From: an uncultured Candidatus Saccharibacteria bacterium
GTDB lineage: Bacteria > Patescibacteriota > WWE3 > UBA101185 > UBA10185
NCBI GenBank assembly: GCA_964643995.1
Contig: CAZXUJ010000005.1
Location: forward strand, 1-55,347
Length of the DNA: 55,347 nt
Direction of reading: 5' to 3'
Positions 20,735 to 29,304 of this stretch are shown piece by piece. The notes beneath the pieces are model-generated. The model was not told the origin of the DNA. It saw nothing but the letters and a program-made list of their open reading frames with translations, and did no database searches. The position numbers and the translations under genes were made by a program. Numbering within the stretch: position 1 is the first letter of the stretch; every line of letters starts with the position of its first letter.

Positions 20735-22072
20735 ATGCTGGATTTCAAATTTAAACAACCAGAAGCGGTACAATCTGATGGCACTCCCCAAACACCCTCG
20801 CAAGAGGCTCCGGCACCACTTTCCAGCCCAATAATAGAGAAAATTGAAAAAGTAAGGAAACCTCGGTTTACTAAAGCAAACATTTTTATAGTGATTAGTA
20901 TCGTCATAATTCTTATGGCAGGTGCGCTTGGATACATGATGCTTAATAGCAAAGATTTTCCATTCATAGCAAAGCTTTTTTCAAACATTGAACTTCCCAT
21001 GCTTCCAGAACAACCTGAGCAACCAACTCAACCCGAACAGCCTGAGCAACCAACGAAACCTACTCCAGAGCCGGTAGACCCAAACAAAATAATGGAGTAT
21101 ATAAGTGAAAATTTTGAATTCTCAATTAGTCATAGAGCAAAAGCGAGAGTTTTAGAACCTGGGTCATTTAATGTACAACTAGAAACATATCAGGTTATAT
21201 ACGATGGACCAGGACAAACAACCACAATCACCGGACCTGAAAATGTAGTTGATGGATATATATTTAGTTTGACTGTTCATAAGGACATAATAAATAGAGA
21301 TATTGATGATATTGCTGTAGAAAAACGTAACCGATACTTAGTAAGTTGTGACGATACAGCCGTGATATCAAATGTTTCAGAAAGAACAATCGCCAATAGA
21401 ACAGCAAAGACATTTAGAGTTGAAAACTGCGGTGTAAATTATATTCAGTCTTTCTTCATTAGGGGAAATGATTTATTTGAGTTCAATCAAGTTTATCGCG
21501 GAGACATAGGTATCCGACAAGTATACGAAGCAGAAACTAATGAAATTGTGGCTCTGTTTGAAATAATAAATACCATTCAACCTACCCCAGTAGATACATG
21601 GAGCCTTTTTGAGTCACCAACATTCAAGTTTAAATATCCAACGGCACTGGATGCCACATGCTGTACCTTAAGAGGCCCGATTTCCGATGGACTTAGCAAA
21701 AAAATAGTGTTAGCTGATCCAAAATCCTTGGCTGGCTCAGATGGAACACTATTTAATGGCTTTGCTGTCTATAACGAAACTCTGAAAGGCAATGTTACCA
21801 AAGAAATGTACATAGAAAACCAGAAACAACTCCTAGCAGAAAACTACCGCGTAATCATAGGTAAGAATCCTGTCACTAGTGAGGAAGTATTAAATGTTGG
21901 TGGAAAAGTTGCTACGTATATTAAGGGCTATGCTTGGTGGGGTAACATGCTGTTTGTGGATGGTGTAAAAACCGGAGAACTGATAATTATAGTAACAACT
22001 GAAATAGATCCAGGGGCATTTGACCCAACCTTTAGGGAAATTTTGAACACGTTTGAGTTTGTAACACAATAA
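20735..22072 (+). CDS. membrane-anchored hypothetical protein with a Pro/Glu/Gln-rich linker
   Basis: 445 aa. TM anchor (IFIVISIVIILMAGALGYMML), then PEQPEQPTQPEQPEQPTKPTPEP, then a globular domain. Confidence 0.55.
   Translation: MLDFKFKQPEAVQSDGTPQTPSQEAPAPLSSPIIEKIEKVRKPRFTKANIFIVISIVIILMAGALGYMMLNSKDFPFIAKLFSNIELPMLPEQPEQPTQPEQPEQPTKPTPEPVDPNKIMEYISENFEFSISHRAKARVLEPGSFNVQLETYQVIYDGPGQTTTITGPENVVDGYIFSLTVHKDIINRDIDDIAVEKRNRYLVSCDDTAVISNVSERTIANRTAKTFRVENCGVNYIQSFFIRGNDLFEFNQVYRGDIGIRQVYEAETNEIVALFEIINTIQPTPVDTWSLFESPTFKFKYPTALDATCCTLRGPISDGLSKKIVLADPKSLAGSDGTLFNGFAVYNETLKGNVTKEMYIENQKQLLAENYRVIIGKNPVTSEEVLNVGGKVATYIKGYAWWGNMLFVDGVKTGELIIIVTTEIDPGAFDPTFREILNTFEFVTQ
21008..21061 (+). repeat. 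tandem 27-nt duplication inside a CDS
   Basis: GAACAACCTGAGCAACCAACTCAACCC followed by GAACAGCCTGAGCAACCAACGAAACCT, encoding EQPEQPTQP / EQPEQPTKP. Confidence 0.8.
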
Positions 22073-22224
22073 CAACGTAAAATATCCACCTTTATAGCCT
22101 GTATTTTCAACATAAACTAGAGCCTGCACGGTATCACTATAGGGTATTCTGTTGTATAAGTAGGCATTGACAAAATTCACATGTATTTGGCCAATTTGAA
22201 AAATTGACCAAGGAGGTTAATCTC

Positions 22225-22455
22225 ATGGAAGCAGTGTTTGGTGGTTTGTCGGCGATTTTAACATTTGTATTGCTCCGTAGGTTCGTTTTTTTTGACAAGA
22301 TAGAAAAAATAACCTGGGAGAGGACTTTCTATAGGATACAACCCCGACCCCTCCGTTTTGTGAAACTGATACCAGACCCAAAATCTGGCGTCAAAATCAT
22401 CGTGTCCTTGGTAATTAGTGTATTGGTTTTCTTGGCTTTTTTATTTTTGATTTAG
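22225..22455 (+). CDS. small membrane protein
   Basis: The ATG at 22225 is preceded by AAGGAGG with an 8-nt spacer. The ORF track starts at an upstream TTG (22204). Two hydrophobic segments. Confidence 0.45.
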   Translation: MEAVFGGLSAILTFVLLRRFVFFDKIEKITWERTFYRIQPRPLRFVKLIPDPKSGVKIIVSLVISVLVFLAFLFLI

Positions 22456-22467
22456 TTATGTAACCCA

Positions 22468-22549
22468 GAGGTCAGATATCATTCGTTCGCAAATCTTCTT
22501 TTTTTTCTAAGAGATGCAAATTCGAATGGTGTCTGACCTCATTTTTTTC
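22468..22549 (+). terminator. rho-independent terminator (long hairpin plus T-run)
   Basis: 18-nt arms GAGGTCAGATATCATTCG / CGAATGGTGTCTGACCTC, where the two differences are G-U compatible. Followed by ATTTTTTTC. Confidence 0.7.
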
Positions 22550-22581
22550 CCTAAACTATAATTCAGGAATATACTTACCTC

Positions 22582-22920
22582 ATGTCCTATGTGTGCACAA
22601 GCTGTCAAAAACTAGTCGAAACTCCCGGAGATTTTTGCCCTTTTTGTGGACAACAAAATATTGAATCCCCACCAGGGTTATCAAACGGTCAAAAGATGAA
22701 AATATATTCTGTAAGTTTCTTCTTGGCCCCACTGGGGTTGATCTGGTTTTTTAAATACTATAGAGACAAGGATCCTTTGAAGCGTAAAGCAGGATACTAT
22801 GCTCTAGCTATAACTTTAGTTGTAACATTTGGATCACTAATAACAGGGAAATTGGTTTTGAATAAGTTTGAAAAGATTTATGCTCCTACTCTGGAGCTTT
22901 ATAGTGAATTAGGCTATTAG
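22582..22920 (+). CDS. zinc-ribbon membrane protein
   Basis: N-terminal CTSC...CPFC zinc-ribbon followed by two TM helices. 112 aa. Confidence 0.55.
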   Translation: MSYVCTSCQKLVETPGDFCPFCGQQNIESPPGLSNGQKMKIYSVSFFLAPLGLIWFFKYYRDKDPLKRKAGYYALAITLVVTFGSLITGKLVLNKFEKIYAPTLELYSELGY

Positions 22921-22926
22921 CCTGAG

Positions 22927-22972
22927 GAGAAACAACAGCGGAAAAGGGATTTGTATCCAACTGTTGTTTCTC
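22927..22972. terminator. hairpin between convergent genes
   Basis: Perfect 12-bp stem GAGAAACAACAG / CTGTTGTTTCTC with a 22-nt loop. It lies between the stops at 22920 (+) and 22987 (-). No strong U-tract. Confidence 0.45.
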
Positions 22973-22986
22973 GAAGAAATTCAGGG

Positions 22987-23766
22987 TTAACGACGCTCCA
23001 AAATGTAGATTCTATCCTTTAACAATCCTCTTTCCTGAAGCAAACCATAGATTAAGGCAAAAAACACAATGCCAAAACCTATGAAATCCGTTAGGAAAAC
23101 AAACGGGTATACCTCTGCAAAGGGGGCATTAACCATGGTGTTGTGCACGGAGTGCAGAACCATGGATATACCCAATCCCAACAGCGGAGCAAAAAAACGA
23201 ATTAACACGTTTCTGGAGTTTCTGGAGGCGGCTAACCCGAGACCAAAGGCACTCGTAAAAACTGCATGAGTGCCAGCCCCCAAGAGCACGCGCACGATGA
23301 ACAAGTCGATCGTGGGCGCTAAGCCACCAGCGTTGAAACTCCGAAAAAGGTATAGGGCGTTTTCACTCGCCGCAAACCCCAACGATACTGTCGTGGCATA
23401 CACAATGCCGTCAACAATCCCGTTGAAATGTCTGCGCGAAAACAAAAACACAAACGCCAAAACTAGACCTTTCAGGAGTTCCTCAAAAAAAGGGGCTATC
23501 AACGAACCCAAGGCATAGTGACTAAGAAATGTCCCGTTCAGGAACACTTGTGCATCACGATTTGCCAGGGAGTTCAGAACTCCCGCCCCCGAAGTCAAAA
23601 ACGCACCAGACCAGTAAACAACACCCAATAGTGTAATCGGCTCTGTTTCGTACGCGTCCAGCACGTACATCAGCCAAGCATAAAACAGACCAAATGCTTG
23701 GCAAAGTAACCAAAAATATCCAAACAACTCTAGGGCGAGTAGAATATCCGCAAGCTCTTGTGCCAT
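22987..23766 (-). CDS. PrsW-family intramembrane metalloprotease
   Basis: Multi-TM protein with the EELLKG and HAVFTS / HSVHN motifs typical of PrsW. The ATG at 23766 has an AAGGAG SD with a 6-nt spacer. The maximal ORF extends to a GTG at 23820. Confidence 0.7.
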   Translation of the reverse strand: MAQELADILLALELFGYFWLLCQAFGLFYAWLMYVLDAYETEPITLLGVVYWSGAFLTSGAGVLNSLANRDAQVFLNGTFLSHYALGSLIAPFFEELLKGLVLAFVFLFSRRHFNGIVDGIVYATTVSLGFAASENALYLFRSFNAGGLAPTIDLFIVRVLLGAGTHAVFTSAFGLGLAASRNSRNVLIRFFAPLLGLGISMVLHSVHNTMVNAPFAEVYPFVFLTDFIGFGIVFFALIYGLLQERGLLKDRIYILERR

Positions 23767-23903
23767 CGGCATCTCCTTTTTTTCTATTTCACTGTCTCGG
23801 GATAAATTTCTAACGTACACTATAAGTTATTTGGCCGTTTTTAGCAACACCATTGTCATATGTACTACTGAAGAGTAAAACCGACGCTTACGAAGAAGAG
23901 AGT

Positions 23904-24620
23904 ATGCAAAATCTTAAACGGAATGTAAAAGCTGGACTAACCACGTCCCTAGTTTCAATACCATTAAGTGTATCTTTGGCGGTAGCATCAAAAACTACAC
24001 CTACAGTAGGAATCATTACAGTTGTTTGGGCAGGACTTATCGCGTCCGTATTTGGCGGAAGTACCCACAATATCATAGGCCCAACTGGGGCACTGGCTGG
24101 CTTACTAGCGGTATTCGCGATGCAAAACGGTATGGAATCAATGGCGATGTTAGCTATAGTTTCCCTTTTACTCATAAGATACTTTAAGTTCATGCCCTTA
24201 GCAGTAATAGCCGCCATTCTGGTTAATACCGCTATAAACATGGTTGAAAAGGAGCACTTCGAGAGATTTTTCAGAACTGATAAAGTAAGTTTTATATTAG
24301 CTATTTTGGTGGCATTTATAACAATTTATGAAGATCCAATCGTTGGAATATTGTTTGGTATAAACGGATATAAAAACGTAATACTACGACTTAGAGGGGT
24401 ACACTTCGTGGATATGGATGGTGTAGACGCGTTCGATGAAATACTCGAAGTAATCAGGAATAAGGGAGGCATTGTATATATTACGGGAGTTAACAAACTA
24501 ATTGAGGATATGTTAATGGAAAGTGATGATTATGTTGAGCTTAAGAAAAGTGGCCATGTATTCCCATCCACGGGAGATGCATTAACTAGTCTTGGGTTTG
24601 AGCTTGAGAGCGTAAAGTAG
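23904..24620 (+). CDS. severely shortened SulP-family transporter with a STAS-like C-terminus (possibly non-functional)
   Basis: The N-terminus AGLTTSLVSIPLSVSLAVAS...GGSTHNIIGPTGALAG resembles SulP TM1-3. The C-terminus ILRLRGVHFVDMDGVDAFDEILEVI resembles STAS. Total length is about 240 aa, against roughly 500 or more in typical SulP proteins. Confidence 0.5.
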   Translation: MQNLKRNVKAGLTTSLVSIPLSVSLAVASKTTPTVGIITVVWAGLIASVFGGSTHNIIGPTGALAGLLAVFAMQNGMESMAMLAIVSLLLIRYFKFMPLAVIAAILVNTAINMVEKEHFERFFRTDKVSFILAILVAFITIYEDPIVGILFGINGYKNVILRLRGVHFVDMDGVDAFDEILEVIRNKGGIVYITGVNKLIEDMLMESDDYVELKKSGHVFPSTGDALTSLGFELESVK

Positions 24621-24702
24621 CAAATCAGAATCTTGGTGGCAAATCGTCACTACGTTCCTATTGCACCCCAGCTGACTAAGTTCGTTAACTCACTAAGTCA
24701 TC

Positions 24703-24777
24703 TGGTGACCCTACGGAGAATCGAACTCCGATTAACAGATTGAGAATCTGCCGTCCTGACCGTTAGACGATAGGGCC
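24703..24777 (-). tRNA. tRNA-Glu (anticodon CTC)
   Basis: The reverse complement GGCCCTATCGTCTAACGGTCAGGACGGCAGATTCTCAATCTGTTAATCGGAGTTCGATTCTCCGTAGGGTCACCA folds as a cloverleaf. Anticodon loop TTCTCAA, T arm CGGAG-TTCGATT-CTCCG, encoded CCA. Confidence 0.9.
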
Positions 24778-24822
24778 AAACACCAACAAGGATAGAAACT
24801 TTTCCTAGTTTAGCAACATTTA

Positions 24823-25251
24823 TTGTATAATCCAAGTGTGAAACCTAAATTTTCTCAGCTAGTAGTTCCGATACTTCTTGCACTGTGTGTTTTATCGATT
24901 TATGCCTTTTCGTCATATAAGCCTAGACTTAATGAGTCCGAGAATGTAGATACTACTAGAAAGTCTAATATTCCACTTTTACTTAATGCAGAGATTTTAT
25001 CAAGTAGCAAAGCGTCAAATACTGAGAATATTACCTTAAAGACAGGCGCGAATCCTGAGGAAGTAATGAGGTTCTATGATAACGTATTAAGCAAGGATAG
25101 TTGGGAACTTGAGTCTGAATCTCAAGGAGATGGTTATTTTACAAAAAAATACAAGAATGACGATGATTTGATGAGTGTTTCCGCTACCAGTCAGAAAACC
25201 AATCAAAATGAGATTTACACTATTGTTACTGTAACTTACGAAGACAATTAA
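24823..25251 (+). CDS. secreted or membrane-anchored hypothetical protein
   Basis: 142-aa ORF with a signal-anchor LVVPILLALCVLSIYA. The start may instead be the in-frame GTG at 24838. Confidence 0.5.
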   Translation: MYNPSVKPKFSQLVVPILLALCVLSIYAFSSYKPRLNESENVDTTRKSNIPLLLNAEILSSSKASNTENITLKTGANPEEVMRFYDNVLSKDSWELESESQGDGYFTKKYKNDDDLMSVSATSQKTNQNEIYTIVTVTYEDN

Positions 25252-26981
25252 TCGGTCTTTTTGCCTACAAGGTATATTGCGCGCCAAGGTTGATAGCGAG
25301 TTGTAAAGGTATCTTCGAATATCACCTGATCGTCTTTTTTCACAGTCCTTTTGAACGATGCAGTGGCACCCCATGCGGCAAAGTCTATTTGTTTTACGAT
25401 GCCTTCTTGAAGATTTGGGTCATCCTGATAAAGTGGTTCTGGAGGTGGCGTTTCCCCAGTAATCACCGACTCGGAGAGTTCAACTTTACGACCATCTGGA
25501 GTTCCATAGAGTTTGAACTTCAGTTTACTGTTTTCAATGTCGGGTTCGACTTGTATCAATACATAAGCAGTAGTGTCATTCTTAAACTGAAAATCTAGAG
25601 AGGGCTGGTATATCGCTGCATCTAAGCCAAGGGGGGAGTCAAGTTCATAATATCTAACTCTATAGGCATGGGGATTTCTTTTTATCACCGGCAGTCCAGA
25701 ATTTAACACTGCTCTAAAAAGTGTGGTCGATGTTTGGCAAACCCCACCTCCATCACCCAATACTGTACGACCATTAGATATAACGTAGGCAGTCTGGTAT
25801 CCAGTTGCGGCACTAATCCCACCAATGGAGTTGTTAAACGAATAAATTTCCCCTGGGGGCACCAGAACACCGTCAGTTCTTTCGGCTGCTAAATTAAGAT
25901 TGTGAATCCTAGTCGATGCCGAGCCTGTATATTCGGAGACGCCTTCACCCAGTAAACCGACGATACCATATTCTTTGGGATCTTTAGAACCGGAAATTGT
26001 TATCATAGTAAGTTCCACATTGGATTTTTTATCGAAAACAGCGTCTTTGAAATCTATCCCAAATTGCTTTTTATCCAAATCATAGCCATCTTGTATAATC
26101 TCAAAAGCAAGAGATTTATCCTCAGACTCAGTTACATGCCCACGTGGCAATACGTTGACTGCGCTAGCTAAATTCTCAACGTAGGCTTCGAGAACAGGAT
26201 CATTCAGCGATAGCTGACTTTCACCATTTTCAAATGAAATATCTATGAAACTGAGAAGATCTTCTGGAGTAAGTTCCCATGTAAAGTCTTTATAAGTGAT
26301 CGTTTTAGGCACAAAAATTATTTCTGAAAGTTGTACCAGGTGTTTTTGTAAAATTTCGTCTGAAATTTCGGGAGCTACATCCTCTACGGAAAGGCTTTGA
26401 GGCTCAAAACTTGCATAATCCAACCCTTTTACTATTGCATTATATAAGTGAGTATCATCCACTTTGCGGCCGATTTCTGATGGTTTTACTTTGACTTGAT
26501 CGTTTTCAATATAGTAGTAGGCATTTTGAGGGTCGGTGTTTACCGCACTTTCGATATACGAAAGTGTAGAGTTTAGGGCTAGATCATCATAGTTATAAAA
26601 ACTTTTTATACGTAATGGTTTTAAAATACCAGCAATTTTATCTTTTGTATCAACAAGGACATTCCCAGTACGACCAGCCTCAAAAGCTCTCACTACCGTA
26701 GCATTTACGTTGTAGGCCACGTTAAGATCAGCAGTATCAAACTCGAAGTTAGTGTCACCATAACTAAAGGTAAACTTGCTATCACTACTTGTTGCACGAT
26801 CTGTTAAGACACGCTGGGCTTGAGACAAGCTCATACCTCCTACATTAATGCCACTTATTTCGACGCCAGGAATTATTCGACGAGCAAACATAAAATGGTA
26901 TAAAGTAACAAATGACAACAAAAGAACCACAGCAACAATCAACAGACTATTCAAATTTGGAGTTGTTGTCTTTTTTGACAT
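25248..26981 (-). CDS. VanW-family protein with a G5-like C-terminal domain
   Basis: N-terminal TM anchor. VanW core GEIYSFNNSIG...GDGGGVCQTSTTLFRAVLNSGLPVIKRNPHAY. The C-terminal IVKQIDFAAWGATASFKRTV is G5-like. Confidence 0.8.
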   Translation of the reverse strand: MSKKTTTPNLNSLLIVAVVLLLSFVTLYHFMFARRIIPGVEISGINVGGMSLSQAQRVLTDRATSSDSKFTFSYGDTNFEFDTADLNVAYNVNATVVRAFEAGRTGNVLVDTKDKIAGILKPLRIKSFYNYDDLALNSTLSYIESAVNTDPQNAYYYIENDQVKVKPSEIGRKVDDTHLYNAIVKGLDYASFEPQSLSVEDVAPEISDEILQKHLVQLSEIIFVPKTITYKDFTWELTPEDLLSFIDISFENGESQLSLNDPVLEAYVENLASAVNVLPRGHVTESEDKSLAFEIIQDGYDLDKKQFGIDFKDAVFDKKSNVELTMITISGSKDPKEYGIVGLLGEGVSEYTGSASTRIHNLNLAAERTDGVLVPPGEIYSFNNSIGGISAATGYQTAYVISNGRTVLGDGGGVCQTSTTLFRAVLNSGLPVIKRNPHAYRVRYYELDSPLGLDAAIYQPSLDFQFKNDTTAYVLIQVEPDIENSKLKFKLYGTPDGRKVELSESVITGETPPPEPLYQDDPNLQEGIVKQIDFAAWGATASFKRTVKKDDQVIFEDTFTTRYQPWRAIYLVGKKTD

Positions 26982-27538
26982 TAGCTTTTGCGCTGCGAGG
27001 GTCTCTCATCTCTGGTCGATTTGTTTTTCGATGCAATAATATATTTCGAGGGGGAGGCACATAAATCAAGATACTCGTCAGCCTCCTCAAATAGATGAGA
27101 GGACGCAGTTTTGCTAAACGCTACGATTTCGGCTTTTACACCTTGGCTTTGGGCATACTCAACTAGCGGCACATAATCACCATCACCAGAGACTAACACC
27201 ATAACATCAATCTTTGGTAACAACCTTACGGCGTCCATGCAAAGTCCAACATCCCAATCACCCTTTTTACTGCCATCGTAAAAAACTTGTAACTCTTTTG
27301 CGCGTACCTCAAAACCACGATGATGAAGTGCTTCGAAAAATTCTTTTTCTAACCCAACATCCGCTTTGATAACATAGGCAAAAGCACGCACAAGGGGGCG
27401 ATCACCAACCGCCTCTTTTAGGACTTTTCCGAAATCAACTTTTGCAGAATATATGTTTTTTGCGGAGTAATAAATGTTTTGAACATCGACAAAAACACCT
27501 ACTTTTTGATTCTCATGTTTTATTGGATTATTTATCAT
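26981..27538 (-). CDS. NYN-domain (LabA/DUF88-like) protein
   Basis: VGVFVDVQNIYYSA ... GDWDVGLCMDAV ... VLVSGDGDYVPLVEYAQSQG are the typical acidic motifs of LabA-like NYN domains. Confidence 0.8.
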   Translation of the reverse strand: MINNPIKHENQKVGVFVDVQNIYYSAKNIYSAKVDFGKVLKEAVGDRPLVRAFAYVIKADVGLEKEFFEALHHRGFEVRAKELQVFYDGSKKGDWDVGLCMDAVRLLPKIDVMVLVSGDGDYVPLVEYAQSQGVKAEIVAFSKTASSHLFEEADEYLDLCASPSKYIIASKNKSTRDERPSQRKS

Positions 27539-27691
27539 GTAGATGATTTTAACACTCTACCGTGTGCTTTGGATAATATATAGTCTGGTATACTAGAGGC
27601 AATAGTTAGTTAGAATGAGATGAGGTCGTTACAAATGGAAACACTAACCCACAAGCGTAATCACAAAAACAAAATTGGAATTATTTGTCAC

Positions 27692-27727
27692 AATGTGTGG
27701 GTTTTACAAAACCCACACATTTTTTAT
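27692..27727 (+). terminator. strong orphan rho-independent terminator
   Basis: 12-bp stem AATGTGTGGGTT / AACCCACACATT followed by TTTTTATTT. No annotated + strand gene lies upstream of it. Confidence 0.65.
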
Positions 27728-27766
27728 TTAAATTAGGTATACTATCTTTGTTTTTGCTTGTTGTAT

Positions 27767-27801
27767 TGGGGAATGGTGTGACGCTTCGCTACCACCATTC
27801 C
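27767..27801 (+). repeat. duplicated 5' fragment of tRNA-Gln folded into a hairpin
   Basis: TGGGGAATGGTGT (27767-27779) is identical to the first 13 nt of tRNA-Gln (27821-27833). GGAATGGTG (27770-27778) pairs with CACCATTCC (27793-27801). Confidence 0.6.
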
Positions 27802-27820
27802 AAATAAGTTGAAACTATAA

Positions 27821-27894
27821 TGGGGAATGGTGTAATGGTAGCACGCCGCACTCTGGATGCGGAAATTGGGGTTCGACTCCCTGTTCCCCAGCCA
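27821..27894 (+). tRNA. tRNA-Gln (anticodon CTG)
   Basis: Hand-folded cloverleaf: acceptor TGGGGAA/TTCCCCA with U1-A72, discriminator G73, anticodon stem CCGCA/TGCGG with loop CTCTGGA, T-loop TTCGACT, encoded CCA. Confidence 0.9.
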
Positions 27895-27923
27895 TATATC
27901 CCAGAGAAACTCTGTATAGGATA
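27889..27923 (+). repeat. island repeat copy R0 (tRNA-Gln 3' end plus trailer)
   Basis: CAGCCATATATCCCAGAGAAACTCTGTATAGGATA shares CAGCCA.ATATCC..AGAAAC....TA.A.GAT with R1 and R2. Confidence 0.7.
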
Positions 27924-27926
27924 ATT

Positions 27927-28487
27927 CTAATTTAAAACACTTTGTAATAAGTTTTTATTATTTTTAAATATTTTTAAATTATTTCTATGGCCAACCGGCG
28001 AAATCGGGGAAGGATGATATAGTGGTAATATCTTATAGTTTCTATTTTCAATATTAACTTCAAAAATAACTCCTAACGGAATAGAAGAGTTTAAAAAATT
28101 GTTAAAAAGCTCTAAAGTTTTTACACCTAGAAGTATAAGAACTTCAAAATCATAACTCTTAAGTTGTTTCAAAAAGATTGGCCAACATTTTTCACCACAG
28201 CTTTTGAGTAACTTTCTATCCTTACCGACATAACACTTTACAAGTTCTGTAAAGCTGCAAGTTTCGACAGTTAAGCTGTGACTTTCAAGAAGCTTATTTA
28301 GGTTTTTACCAGTGGGAAGTAACTTACTATCGATAGTATAAAAGGCTTTTCCAGATTTTCTCCAACCATTTGGAGCAGGTGCTTCACCTACAATCAATAC
28401 TTTTTTACCTTTTCCACTACCTAGTTGTAAAAACTTGCTTGACGGGAAAACGTCTATATTCTCACAGTAATGTTCATGCCGATCCAT
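27927..28487 (-). CDS. uracil-DNA glycosylase superfamily protein
   Basis: 186 aa. Motif A-like GEAPAPNGW and motif B-like LYHPSP, plus a mid-protein Cys cluster CSFTELVKC...C..KC. The family is not assignable by eye. Confidence 0.65.
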   Translation of the reverse strand: MDRHEHYCENIDVFPSSKFLQLGSGKGKKVLIVGEAPAPNGWRKSGKAFYTIDSKLLPTGKNLNKLLESHSLTVETCSFTELVKCYVGKDRKLLKSCGEKCWPIFLKQLKSYDFEVLILLGVKTLELFNNFLNSSIPLGVIFEVNIENRNYKILPLYHPSPISPVGHRNNLKIFKNNKNLLQSVLN

Positions 28488-28513
28488 ATGTCTAGTATAT
28501 CAACTACGCGTAC

Positions 28514-28537
28514 ATCCTAGAGAGTGCAAAAGATAGG
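28514..28537 (+). repeat. degenerate extra half-copy of the island repeat
   Basis: ATCCTAGAGAGTGCAAAAGATAGG resembles the distal half ATCCTGGAGAAACTGCTTACAAGATA of R1 and lies immediately upstream of R1. Confidence 0.4.
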
Positions 28538-28548
28538 GGGAATTCTCA

Positions 28549-28594
28549 ACCGACGTGCTCAGCCACATATCCTGGAGAAACTGCTTACAAGATA
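28549..28594 (+). repeat. island repeat copy R1
   Basis: ACCGACGTGCTCAGCCACATATCCTGGAGAAACTGCTTACAAGATA. Confidence 0.8.
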
Positions 28595-28641
28595 ATAATG
28601 TGTTATTTTAAAATTGCAGTTAAATACTTTATAATTAGCAT

Positions 28642-29304
28642 ATGCGTAAACTAGTATTTTTGCTATTGCTAACATGTTCCATTATTGCTTATCTATATTT
28701 AACTGGTAGCTATAAAAAACCAACGCATAATCAGCTAAACGAAATGCCTACTCAAATTGAAAACAAAGCACCGTCAGAATTATCCAAACAAAATTATACT
28801 GCAAGTGAAGATAGCATTTCAGAAAATGGTTCTAATATATATATAAACCCAACTTTAAGGTATAGTTTCGAGTACTCAAGAGATTCAACTATATTCAAAT
28901 GCAAAGATATACCTTGTGTAAGTTTAGATGACCAAACCATTCGTGTTGAACCTTTGGATTTTCTTAGTATAACAGGAGATCTGAATGAGATGGATGGATT
29001 ATTAGCTGAAGATTTCTACTGTAACGCAAGTGGACCCCAGGAAAGTAAAGACTGTGTTAATGTTAAGCTCGAAAAATATACAAACAGCAACGGCGTTATG
29101 GGGTATAAGCTTTATAGAAATGTGACGATTTCTAAATGGAACCAGTCCACACAAAGATTTGATGATGAAAATTACGACGATTACGCTTTCTTATTTTCTT
29201 TGAATAATTCTCATTATCCTTCAGTAATTTTTGCTGTAGATGAGCCATCAGATGTTAACCATAATAAACTTGAAAAAATTATAAACACATTCAAGGTGTA
29301 TTAA
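28642..29304 (+). CDS. secreted hypothetical protein (island cargo)
   Basis: 220 aa with signal peptide MRKLVFLLLLTCSIIAYLY. The stop codon abuts repeat R2. Confidence 0.55.
   Translation: MRKLVFLLLLTCSIIAYLYLTGSYKKPTHNQLNEMPTQIENKAPSELSKQNYTASEDSISENGSNIYINPTLRYSFEYSRDSTIFKCKDIPCVSLDDQTIRVEPLDFLSITGDLNEMDGLLAEDFYCNASGPQESKDCVNVKLEKYTNSNGVMGYKLYRNVTISKWNQSTQRFDDENYDDYAFLFSLNNSHYPSVIFAVDEPSDVNHNKLEKIINTFKVY

Noticed and set aside
20479-21000. 173-aa antisense ORF, plus similar long antisense ORFs at 3798..4094, 23888..24241, 46432..46953, 50781..51182, 35025..35304, 16252..16548 and 43504..43772
   Set aside because: All lie fully inside well-supported genes on the opposite strand, give low-complexity translations and lack ribosome-binding sites.
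27635-27736. 33-aa ORF in the NYN / tRNA-Gln spacer as a real micro-protein
   Set aside because: Its last 14 codons are encoded by the terminator stem and U-tract, and the SD is weak. It is kept only as an alternative within the orphan-terminator finding.
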